From Candidatus Krumholzibacteriia bacterium (GTDB lineage Bacteria > Krumholzibacteriota > Krumholzibacteriia > LZORAL124-64-63): DNA of 26,557 nt. The DNA is taken from assembly GCA_036351155.1 (NCBI GenBank), contig JAZBOO010000309.1:1-26557 (forward strand), read 5' to 3'. A program made the position numbers and the translations under genes. The notes beneath the pieces were generated by a model that saw only the letters and a program-made list of their open reading frames with translations, had not been told where the DNA came from and did no database searches. Positions 19,701-26,557 of the stretch are shown in pieces. The stretch's first letter is position 1. Each line of letters starts with the position of its first letter.

Positions 19701-20042
19701 CCCATTGCCCATGCCGAGGGACGCTTCACCCACGAGGATCCGGCCTTCTTCGACAAGCTGGCCGCCGATGGGCATGTGGCCCTGATCTACGGCAGCCTGG
19801 GGGGGCGCCCGGCGACCAACCCCAACGGGGCTCTGCTGGACACCGCCGGATTGACCAACCGCCAGGGCAACGTGCTGGCCATGATGCCTCATCCCGAGCG
19901 GGCGGCTCAGCTCAAGCTGGTTCCCGAGGATCTGCCCGGCCCCTGGGGTCAAACCCGGCGATCGGCCGTGGGTGATCTTCTCACTCTGGAAAGCACGGGA
20001 CCCGGCGCCTTCCTGCTGCGCCGTCTCATCGAGATGTGTTGA
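16764..20042 (+). CDS. purL: Phosphoribosylformylglycinamidine (FGAM) synthase: small-type PurL fused to a C-terminal PurQ glutaminase domain
   Basis: TTG start after AAAGGA. PurL motifs MWSEHCSYKSS, ESHNHPS, GAATGIGGIVRDV, KDLGAGG, SETQER, TDCLNFGNPE, SGNVSFYN and AAHDISDGGL. From ~19250, PurQ motifs PGVNCE, IPGGFSYQD, GICNGCQVL, PIAHAEGRF, NPNG and MMPHPER. Confidence 0.95.
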   Translation: MALTDESFTPIAVGSYDDAALTTYLKEHGLTLAPSEARKVADLLGRDPTLTEMTLFDTMWSEHCSYKSSRPHLKANLPTTGENVVVGPVEDAGIVDFGVINGKKYGIIFAHESHNHPSQVMPVEGAATGIGGIVRDVYCMGGQVIATLDPLRFGWPMPESPDDTGAPHRLDIARQVVDGIWQYGNAIGVPNLGGDTYFHPSFNENCLVNVVAVGLVEHDHITHSAVPKEAADEPYDLILVGKPTDWSGMGGAAFASATLDAEQAMENKGSVQTPDPFLKRILTVANTAVLEMARAEGVTIGFKDLGAGGVSCVTSELADAGGFGCDVDLALVHQIADLPARVCACSETQERYGLAVPARLTEQVLKIYNEDFALPSLYEGASACRIGKVTRKRQYILRHGDRILADAPIDTITEGIAYDRPATAPRRPDVPEDARLTEAPVSELPGEWMKLLAHPNVASKEYVFRHYDSEVQANTILRPGEADAGVIAPVPGSRRAVALSADGNPLLGLADPWTAGASAVLEACRNTACVGGQPAAITDCLNFGNPEVPESFWEFTESVRGVGDACRGVGCYARPDAPLPVISGNVSFYNQSSTGRSVAPSPIVGCVAIVDDYTKSRSQHLKNPGDIMLLVGARQKETGGSLYLDQGGQAGRPAVPEVDFEAARTEIRAVIDLVAKGQVNAAHDISDGGLAICLSEMALGLEAASYLGADIRLPELGDLTEREILFGEAGGFVLTVPPLEMERAAEVLDKAGCDWWPLGKVAASDRLEVRNHRGDLVVDLGLKEMAHVWQTALPRLLGGEEAASVVPEPSGLSMVESAATAPPMVNLAARPRLAVVQLPGVNCENESARLLDQLGAQAEIFRWTRQPADLARFDGYLIPGGFSYQDRVRAGAVAAKDPLLRVLLEGAEQGKPILGICNGCQVLVEAGLVPGLEPGSVEVALASNRYPGRDGYHATWVTVMAHPRARTPFVEGLNQVLPLPIAHAEGRFTHEDPAFFDKLAADGHVALIYGSLGGRPATNPNGALLDTAGLTNRQGNVLAMMPHPERAAQLKLVPEDLPGPWGQTRRSAVGDLLTLESTGPGAFLLRRLIEMC

Positions 20043-20056
20043 TGCGAAAGGACACG

Positions 20057-20650
20057 ATGAGCACTCAGACCGTACTGCTGACCGCCCACAAAGGGGTGGA
20101 CCTGCATGCCGCCAGCGCTCTGCTGGTGATGAAGAATCGGCTGGAGGGCGGGGACCATCTGGTCAACCTGTTTCGCTGTGAAATGCACACCTTCTGGGGA
20201 CAGCCGGATGGGATCAGCACCGAGCGCCTGCTCGACACAGGGCGTTTCTACAATCCGAACAAGCACCACTACGGGGTGTTCACCGCCGATGGCGTCGGTC
20301 CGGACTGGTTGACCTCCGCGCCGGTTTCGGGGACAGCCCTGCCTGCCGATTGGCCAGGCCAGCTGACAGCCAGCGATCTGGAGGTTGCCGCTGGCGACCA
20401 TGGCCTGTACGACCGCTTGCTGGGGGGACACCCTGCGCCCGGTCAGACGGCCATTGATGTGGTGTCCTTTCCCCTGGGCCAGCGCGGCCCTGTTTTGTCC
20501 GGAGTTCTGTGGCGCCTGGTGATGGCCGCCGAGGGAGAACAGGCCCTGAAAATTGGTCATAATCTGGCCGTCGCGCGGTCCCGCAAGCAGGGGCTGCTCA
20601 TCAATCCTCACATGGAAGCCTGGCTGTCCGTGGAACTGGAGCAAGCATGA
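20057..20650 (+). CDS. Hypothetical protein, probably a divergent tandem (two-repeat) PurS-like subunit of FGAM synthase
   Basis: Lies between purL::Q and purF, with an AAAGGA RBS and an ATGA overlap with purF. Two segments end in motifs resembling the PurS C-terminal LLANPVIE motif: RFYNPNKHHY and GLLINPHMEAW. Confidence 0.6.
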   Translation: MSTQTVLLTAHKGVDLHAASALLVMKNRLEGGDHLVNLFRCEMHTFWGQPDGISTERLLDTGRFYNPNKHHYGVFTADGVGPDWLTSAPVSGTALPADWPGQLTASDLEVAAGDHGLYDRLLGGHPAPGQTAIDVVSFPLGQRGPVLSGVLWRLVMAAEGEQALKIGHNLAVARSRKQGLLINPHMEAWLSVELEQA

Positions 20651-22098
20651 ACGCGAAGAGGCACTGGGGTGAGGAGTGTGGTGTGGTCGGTATTGCCGGC
20701 GTGGATGCGGCAGCGGAGCTGGCCAGCCTGGCCTTGCACGCCCTGCAGCACCGTGGGCAAGAGAGTGCCGGCATCACCGTCAGCGATGGGCACCTCCTTT
20801 CCACCTACAAGAAAATGGGCCTGGTGGCCGACGTGTTCGACGAGGCCGCCACCCGTTCCCTGCACGGCAACTACGCCATCGGCCACGTGCGTTACAGCAC
20901 CAGCGGCAGCAGCAACCTGATCAACGCTCAGCCCATCCAGGTGGCCAGTCACCGGGGGAACATCAGCCTGGCCCATAACGGGAACCTGGTCAATGCTCCC
21001 GAGCTGCGCCGTGAAATGGAACGCGACGGGAGCATCTTCTCCACCACCAGCGACAGCGAGGTGATCCTGCACCTGCTGGCCCGCGACCGCGCCATCGCGG
21101 CCGAGGACGCCCTCATGGAGATCCTGCCCCGGGTCAAGGGGGCCTACAGCATGGTGCTGCTGACCCGTGACCGACTCATCGCCGTGCGCGATCCCTACGG
21201 CTTCCGACCCCTGTGCCTGGGCCGTTACCGGGACAGCTATGTGGTGGCCAGCGAGAGCTGCGCGTTCGACATCATCGGGGCCAAGTACATCCGCGATGTG
21301 GCGCCTGGCGAGATGGTGGTTCTGGGTGAGGGCGAGCTCACCAGCCGCAAGCTGGCGGTGGATGCCCCCGAGAAGCGTTGCGTTTTCGAGCACGTGTATT
21401 TCTCCCGTCCCGACAGCAATGTCTTCGGGCAAAATGTCGAGACCGTGCGCCGCCGCAGCGGGGAAATCCTGGGCCGGGAAGCTCCTGCCGAGGCCGACCT
21501 GGTCTGCGCCGTGCCCGACAGCAGCAACACCGCGGCTCTGGGATACGCCCGGGCCACGGGCATTCCCTTCGAGCTGGCACTGATCCGCAATCACTACGTG
21601 GGGCGCACCTTCATCTCGCCGGCCCAGAAGGTGCGGGATATGTCGGTCCGCATTAAATTCAATCCGGTGGCGGAAGTGGTGTCGGGCAAGCGCGTGGTGG
21701 TCATCGACGACAGCATCGTCCGGGGCACGACCATGCGCAAGCTGGTCAAGCTGATCAGGGGAGCCGGCGCGGCCGAGGTGCATCTGCGCATCGCTTCACC
21801 TCCGGTCACCAATCCCTGCTATTACGGCATCGACACCCCGGTGAGGAACGAGCTCATCGCCTCGAGCCACACCATCGAGGAAATCGCCACCTATCTGCGG
21901 GTCGATTCCCTGCACTACCTTTCCATGGCCGGGCTGCTGGAAGCGGCCGAGGACCAGAACAATTACTGCGACGCCTGTTTCACCGGGAACTACCCGGTAT
22001 CCTTTTCCTCGCTGGGCGAAGCCAGCCTGGGAGAAGGCCGCCCGGGTATTCGTGAAATCGAAGTGAAACGGCTGCCTCCGAGCGGCGGCGACAGTTGA
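20647..22098 (+). CDS. purF: Amidophosphoribosyltransferase (Bacillus-type, with propeptide and Fe-S cysteines)
   Basis: Propeptide MNAKRHWGEE then nucleophile CGVVG. Motifs LQHRGQESAG, GHVRYST, AHNGNL, CVFEHVYFSRPDS, PRPP loop VIDDSIVRGTT, PCYYGID and YCDACFTGNYP. Confidence 0.97.
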   Translation: MNAKRHWGEECGVVGIAGVDAAAELASLALHALQHRGQESAGITVSDGHLLSTYKKMGLVADVFDEAATRSLHGNYAIGHVRYSTSGSSNLINAQPIQVASHRGNISLAHNGNLVNAPELRREMERDGSIFSTTSDSEVILHLLARDRAIAAEDALMEILPRVKGAYSMVLLTRDRLIAVRDPYGFRPLCLGRYRDSYVVASESCAFDIIGAKYIRDVAPGEMVVLGEGELTSRKLAVDAPEKRCVFEHVYFSRPDSNVFGQNVETVRRRSGEILGREAPAEADLVCAVPDSSNTAALGYARATGIPFELALIRNHYVGRTFISPAQKVRDMSVRIKFNPVAEVVSGKRVVVIDDSIVRGTTMRKLVKLIRGAGAAEVHLRIASPPVTNPCYYGIDTPVRNELIASSHTIEEIATYLRVDSLHYLSMAGLLEAAEDQNNYCDACFTGNYPVSFSSLGEASLGEGRPGIREIEVKRLPPSGGDS

Positions 22099-22111
22099 AA
22101 ACGAGAAACAT

Positions 22112-24889
22112 TTGACCGACCCAACGTCTGAATACCGACCTTTCTGTCCGGACCCGCGGTTTGCTGACCCCGAGGTCCTGTCCCATGCTTTGACCCGGCG
22201 CGTTTTACCTCTGGTGTCGGCGCCCGCCCGTTACATCGGCGGCGAACTGGGAGCCACACGCGAGGGCTACGACCCCTGCAAGGCCAACATCTGCCTGACC
22301 TTTCCCGACGCCTACGAGGTGGGGATGAGTCATCAGGGCATCCGTCTGCTCTACACCCTGCTGCAGCAACGTGAGGACACCTTCTGTGACCTGGCCTACG
22401 CACCCTGGCCGGACCTGGAAGCGCGCCTGCGGGCCGAAGCCATGCCTCTGTTTGCCCTGGAAAGCCGCCGCTCGCTGGCCCAGTTCGACGTGGTGGGCTT
22501 CAGTCTGGGCTATGAACTGGCTTACACCAACCTGTTGACCATGATCGACCTGGCGGGCAGCCCCCTGCGGGCCGCCCTGCGCACCGAGGACGACCCGATT
22601 TTCATCGCCGGAGGATCCTGCACCCTCAACCCCTCGGTGGTGGGGCCCTTCCTGGATGTGGTGTTGCTGGGCGATGGTGAGGACGCCGTCCTGGATCTGG
22701 CCCAGGTGGTGGCCGACGGCAAGAAGGCAGGCCGGTCGCGGGCCGAAATCCTGGCTCAGCTGCGCGCCTTGCCCGGAGCCTGGCATGCAGAGCGCGACCA
22801 TGAACAGCTGGGGCCCGTGCGGGTGCGGGTGATCACCGACCTGGGGGACTACCCGGTGCCCGGTCCTCTGGTGCCCATCATCGAGCCGGTGCACGACCGG
22901 CTGGCCCTGGAGGTCATGCGGGGCTGTGTGCGCGGCTGCCGCTTCTGCCAGGCGGGTATGATCACCCGGCCGGTCCGGGAACGCAACCCTGACGATCTGG
23001 TCCGCGCCGCGGTCCAGGGGGTGGCCGAGACCGGGTATTCCGAGGTGAGCCTGCTCAGCCTGTCCACCTCCGATTTCTCCGGTCTGTCGCCCACCGTGGC
23101 CGGCATCCAGGACAGCTTGACCGACCCGCACACCAACCTGGTGCTGCCCTCGCTGCGGGTCGACTCGGTCGATGCCGATCTGTACGAACGGATCAGCAGC
23201 GAGCGGCCCAGCAACTTCACCTTTGCCCCCGAGGCCGGCAGTCAGCGGCTGCGCAACGTCATCAACAAGAACATCACCGAGGCCGATATTGTCAGCACGG
23301 CGCGTCAGGCGTTTGCCTCCAAGGTCAAGAGCGTGAAGCTGTACTTCATGATCGGCCTGCCCACCGAGACCGGTGAAGACCTGGACGAACTGGTGGCTCT
23401 GGTGGAGAAGGTCACCGCGACCGCTCCTCGGGGGGGCAGTCAGATCCACGTCTCGATTTCACCCTTCTCTCCCAAGGCGCACACCTCGTTCCAGTGGGCG
23501 GGGCAGATCAGCCGCGAGGAGATCAGCAACCGCAATCAGTACCTGGGTTACGAGCTGCGCCGGCTGGGCGTGAAGGTGAGCCTGCGTGAACCCGAGGTCA
23601 GTTTCCTCGAGGGTGTGCTGGGGCTGGGCGACCAGGCCTTGAGTCAGGTGGTCCAGGAGGCCTGGTTGCGCGGGGCCCGGTTCGACGGCTGGAGCGAGCA
23701 CTTCGATTTTGCCCGGTGGGAAGAAGCCTTTGCCCAGGTGGGGATCGATCCCGATCTGTACGTGGCACCCAGGGATCCTCAGGTGGAATTGCCCTGGGCG
23801 TCGGTGGACTGTGGAGTGACGGTGGATTTCCTGCGCAAGGACTGGCACCGCGCCCAGCGCGCGGCCACTTTACCGGATTGCCGGCTTGAGGGCAGTTGCT
23901 ACAAGTGCGATGCCTGTGGCGCCGAGATCCAGCACGTGTTCGCCGATCTACCCGAAGCTCCACCGGTACTCTCCGGCACCGAAAATGACCAATCTGCAAC
24001 GGGTTCCGAAGTCCCTCCGGCCGAAAGCGGGCCTTCCGGGGCGGTTTTCGATCCCCGCAACGCCGATCCCGACCGACCGGACCAGGAAAGGCGTCGCTGG
24101 ACCGTTTGGCGGCAGCAGGCGGCCGCAAAATGCTGGTACAGGCTGGAATTCAGTAAAACAGGCGATATGGCCTTTCTGGGGCATCTGGACTTCCAGCGGC
24201 AGATGCAGCTGGCCCTGCGACGTTCCGGCTTGCCTGTGGCCTACAGCAAGGGCTATCATCCTCATCCGTTGATGAAATTCGGCCCACCGTTGCCGGTGGG
24301 CGTTGTTGGTTTGCGTGAGTTTCTGGACCTGGCCTTCGAATGTCAGGTGCCCGGATTGGCTGATGCCTTGAACCGCACCCTGCCCGGAGGGCTGCGGATC
24401 CATAACGCTGCGGTGGTCGGCGGCCAAACGCCGCGCTCCATTGACCAGATTGTGCAGCGGTTCGATTACCGGGTGGAAATACCCGGTGTCCGGGATGGTG
24501 GACCTGACCAGGCAGTGGTGCAGGCCGCCCTTGACGAATTCCTGGCCAGCGACCAGAGACCTTTCGTCAAACAGCGTCCCAAGGGGGACATCACGATCGA
24601 TGCCCGGGCCATCGTGCCGCAGGGGGGAATCGGTCTTCTCGACGAACTCGGGGCAGACGGCGGCTGTGTGATGAAGTTCACTCTACTCCGCAGCGAAAGT
24701 GGTGCCAGTCTGTCCGTCCATGATTTCCTGGCCGCCCTTCTGGGCGACGCCCTGTCCGAACCCGGACATTGCGCCATCGCCCGCACGGGATACTACGGCC
24801 AACATACTGATGGGCGTTGGATAACGCCCATCGAGGAAGTGGGTGAGACCAGCCACCGTTTCTGGCTTGGCCGTCACATGATCGGCTAG
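22112..24889 (+). CDS. B12-binding-domain radical SAM protein (TIGR03960-like) fused to a radical-SAM-linked domain (TIGR03936/DUF2344-like)
   Basis: N-terminal PARYIGGE and FPDAYEVGMSHQG. Radical SAM motif RGCVRGCRFCQAG, TFAPEAGSQRLRNVINK, KLYFMIGLPTET and GARFDGWSEHF. Extra Cys cluster DCRLEGSCYKCDAC. C-terminal domain from ~24130: YRLEFSKTG..FLGHLD...RRSGLPVAYSKGYHPHP..FGPPLPVG. The TTG start is uncertain. Confidence 0.88.
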   Translation: MTDPTSEYRPFCPDPRFADPEVLSHALTRRVLPLVSAPARYIGGELGATREGYDPCKANICLTFPDAYEVGMSHQGIRLLYTLLQQREDTFCDLAYAPWPDLEARLRAEAMPLFALESRRSLAQFDVVGFSLGYELAYTNLLTMIDLAGSPLRAALRTEDDPIFIAGGSCTLNPSVVGPFLDVVLLGDGEDAVLDLAQVVADGKKAGRSRAEILAQLRALPGAWHAERDHEQLGPVRVRVITDLGDYPVPGPLVPIIEPVHDRLALEVMRGCVRGCRFCQAGMITRPVRERNPDDLVRAAVQGVAETGYSEVSLLSLSTSDFSGLSPTVAGIQDSLTDPHTNLVLPSLRVDSVDADLYERISSERPSNFTFAPEAGSQRLRNVINKNITEADIVSTARQAFASKVKSVKLYFMIGLPTETGEDLDELVALVEKVTATAPRGGSQIHVSISPFSPKAHTSFQWAGQISREEISNRNQYLGYELRRLGVKVSLREPEVSFLEGVLGLGDQALSQVVQEAWLRGARFDGWSEHFDFARWEEAFAQVGIDPDLYVAPRDPQVELPWASVDCGVTVDFLRKDWHRAQRAATLPDCRLEGSCYKCDACGAEIQHVFADLPEAPPVLSGTENDQSATGSEVPPAESGPSGAVFDPRNADPDRPDQERRRWTVWRQQAAAKCWYRLEFSKTGDMAFLGHLDFQRQMQLALRRSGLPVAYSKGYHPHPLMKFGPPLPVGVVGLREFLDLAFECQVPGLADALNRTLPGGLRIHNAAVVGGQTPRSIDQIVQRFDYRVEIPGVRDGGPDQAVVQAALDEFLASDQRPFVKQRPKGDITIDARAIVPQGGIGLLDELGADGGCVMKFTLLRSESGASLSVHDFLAALLGDALSEPGHCAIARTGYYGQHTDGRWITPIEEVGETSHRFWLGRHMIG

Positions 24890-24904
24890 CCCCAGGCTGG
24901 AATT

Positions 24905-26455
24905 ATGAAGAAAGAAATCATCATCAATTCGTCCTCCCACGAGGTCCGTGTGGCCATGCTTGAGGACGGAGACGCGGTAGAACTCCTGGTGGAGCGCGCC
25001 GCATCCAAGCGCATGGTGGGCAACGTCTATCTGGGCGTGGTCACCTCGGTCAAACCGGGATTGCAGGCGGCATTCGTGGACATCGGCCTGGAAAGGGCGG
25101 GCTTCCTTCATGCCTCGGATCTGGATCACGACGATTCGGACGAGGAAGAAGAATCACCCGCCCCTGGTCGCGGCCGACCACGCGGCCGGCACCGCAAGAT
25201 CCCCGACATCGGCAACGTGCTGCGCACCGGGGACAAGATCCTGGTCCAGGTGACCAAGGAACCCATCAGCACCAAGGGACCGCGGCTGACAGCTGACATC
25301 AGCCTTCCCGGTCGGTATCTCGTGATGATGCCCAAGGGGCGCCACATCGGGGTTTCCCGCAAGATCGAGGACCGGCGAGAGAGGGTGAGGCTTAAACAGC
25401 TCCTGCAGAAGTACCGCTCCGGCGAGGGTGCCTTCATCATCCGTACCGCGGCCACCAGTGTTCCCGATGAATCCATCAAGCAAGACGTCAACTACCTGAG
25501 CGATCTCTTCCAGAAGATCGATGCCAAGAAGACCGAGGTGCAGGCCCCGGCTCTGGTCCACGAGGACGTGGGCATGGTGGTGGGGCTGATCCGGGACATC
25601 TTCAAGGAAGACACCAGCCGCCTGGTGATCGACGACAAGGATGATTTCGACCGTCTGGTGGAATACGTGCGCACCTTTGCGCCCGAGCTGCGCAACCGCA
25701 TCGAGCTGTACAAGGGCGACATGCCCATCTACGACCATTTCGAGATCGAGCCCGAGATCAAGAAGACCCTCGACAAGAGGGTCTGGATGAAAAAGGGCGG
25801 CTATCTGATCATCGAACCCACCGAGGCGCTGGTGTCCATCGACGTGAACACGGGGCGTTTCACCGGTCGGCGCAACCAGGAAGAAACCATCCTGCAGACG
25901 AACATGCTGGCCGCCAAGGAAGTGGCGCGGCAGCTGCGTTTGCGCGATGTGGGTGGGATCATCGTCATCGACTTCATCGACATGGAGAACGAGGGCAACA
26001 AGAAGCGCGTTTTCAATGAGCTGCGCACCCACCTGAAGCGAGATCGCGCCCGTCACAAGGTGTTCCAGGTGTCGGGGCTGGGTCTGGTGGAAATGAGCCG
26101 CCAGCGGGTGCGGCCTTCGCTCCTGAGCCAGCTGTCGGACGATTGTCCCTATTGCACCGGCACGGGCAAGGTCATGTCCATGGAGACGATGAGCAACCGG
26201 ATCGAGCGGTTGATCCACCGTATTGCCATCGCCACCCGCGAGAAGCGTTTGCAGATCCAGGCCAACCCTGTGCTGGCTCTCTATCTGCTGGAGGAGCGCC
26301 CCGAGCAGTTCCGTGAGCTGAGCCGCAACTTCGACCTGGAACTGAACGTGCTGGACGATGCGACCCTGCACGTGGAAGAGTTCCGGATCGTCAGCCTGGG
26401 GTCGGGTAAGGATCTGGTGGCGGAGCTGGAGAAAAAAGCACGGAGCGGGCGCTAG
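24905..26455 (+). CDS. rng: Ribonuclease E/G family endoribonuclease (RNase G-sized)
   Basis: S1 domain GNVYLGVVTSVKPGLQAAFVDIG, VQVTKEPISTKGPRLT, catalytic IDVNTG and GGIIVIDFIDM, and Zn-link CPYCTGTG. No long RNase E C-terminal tail. Confidence 0.95.
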   Translation: MKKEIIINSSSHEVRVAMLEDGDAVELLVERAASKRMVGNVYLGVVTSVKPGLQAAFVDIGLERAGFLHASDLDHDDSDEEEESPAPGRGRPRGRHRKIPDIGNVLRTGDKILVQVTKEPISTKGPRLTADISLPGRYLVMMPKGRHIGVSRKIEDRRERVRLKQLLQKYRSGEGAFIIRTAATSVPDESIKQDVNYLSDLFQKIDAKKTEVQAPALVHEDVGMVVGLIRDIFKEDTSRLVIDDKDDFDRLVEYVRTFAPELRNRIELYKGDMPIYDHFEIEPEIKKTLDKRVWMKKGGYLIIEPTEALVSIDVNTGRFTGRRNQEETILQTNMLAAKEVARQLRLRDVGGIIVIDFIDMENEGNKKRVFNELRTHLKRDRARHKVFQVSGLGLVEMSRQRVRPSLLSQLSDDCPYCTGTGKVMSMETMSNRIERLIHRIAIATREKRLQIQANPVLALYLLEERPEQFRELSRNFDLELNVLDDATLHVEEFRIVSLGSGKDLVAELEKKARSGR

Positions 26456-26557
26456 ACCCACCGTCCAGAAACAGAAAACGGGATGTCCTCGGCCGACCCT
26501 GCGGGTCGACCTGCGGATTTCCCGTTTTCTGTTTCTGGACGGTGGGTCTAGCGCCCG
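26446..26557. repeat. Perfect 38-bp inverted repeat reaching the end of the window
   Basis: 26446-26483 (CGGGCGCTAGACCCACCGTCCAGAAACAGAAAACGGGA) is the exact reverse complement of 26520-26557. The 36-nt spacer contains a further CGACCC-tgc-GGGTCG hairpin. Confidence 0.9.

Noticed and set aside
16671..19952. 1093-aa antisense ORF opposite purL, and similar long antisense ORFs opposite the amylases, malE, the barrel gene, purB, purF and rng
   Set aside because: They mirror well-supported sense genes codon for codon, which is expected when GC3-rich codon usage removes antisense stops. They have no recognisable motifs.
1..26557. CRISPR arrays, tRNA/rRNA genes, transposases, integrases or phage genes
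   Set aside because: None seen. Intergenic gaps are short, and I found no spaced direct repeats or mobile-element motifs.

Overview
High-GC bacterial chromosomal window with almost all genes on the + strand, in three blocks. (1) About 200-14260 is a complete-looking starch/maltodextrin utilisation locus. It holds three secreted or lipoprotein GH13 alpha-amylases (one fused to a glucodextranase-type DOMON-like domain), a MalK/MalE/MalF/MalG-type ABC importer, a stand-alone secreted DOMON-like protein, and a 693-aa predicted outer-membrane beta-barrel that I do not recognise as LamB or SusC. The malF-like gene carries an unusual N-terminal Cache/PDC-like periplasmic extension and is interrupted by one in-frame TAG at 6398-6400. 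(2) An EamA/DMT transporter lies divergent from a purine operon, purB - purL::purQ fusion - tandem PurS-like gene - purF, which has a clear sigma70-like promoter and a structured ~105-nt leader. (3) A B12-binding-type radical SAM / DUF2344-type fusion gene is followed by an RNase E/G gene. The window ends in a perfect 38-bp inverted repeat that looks like a contig-end fold-back. The most interesting candidates are the possible non-LamB/non-SusCD outer-membrane glucan uptake system, the amber-interrupted sensor-fused MalF, and the intermediate FGAM synthetase architecture. All family assignments are from motif recognition by eye; no searches were run.
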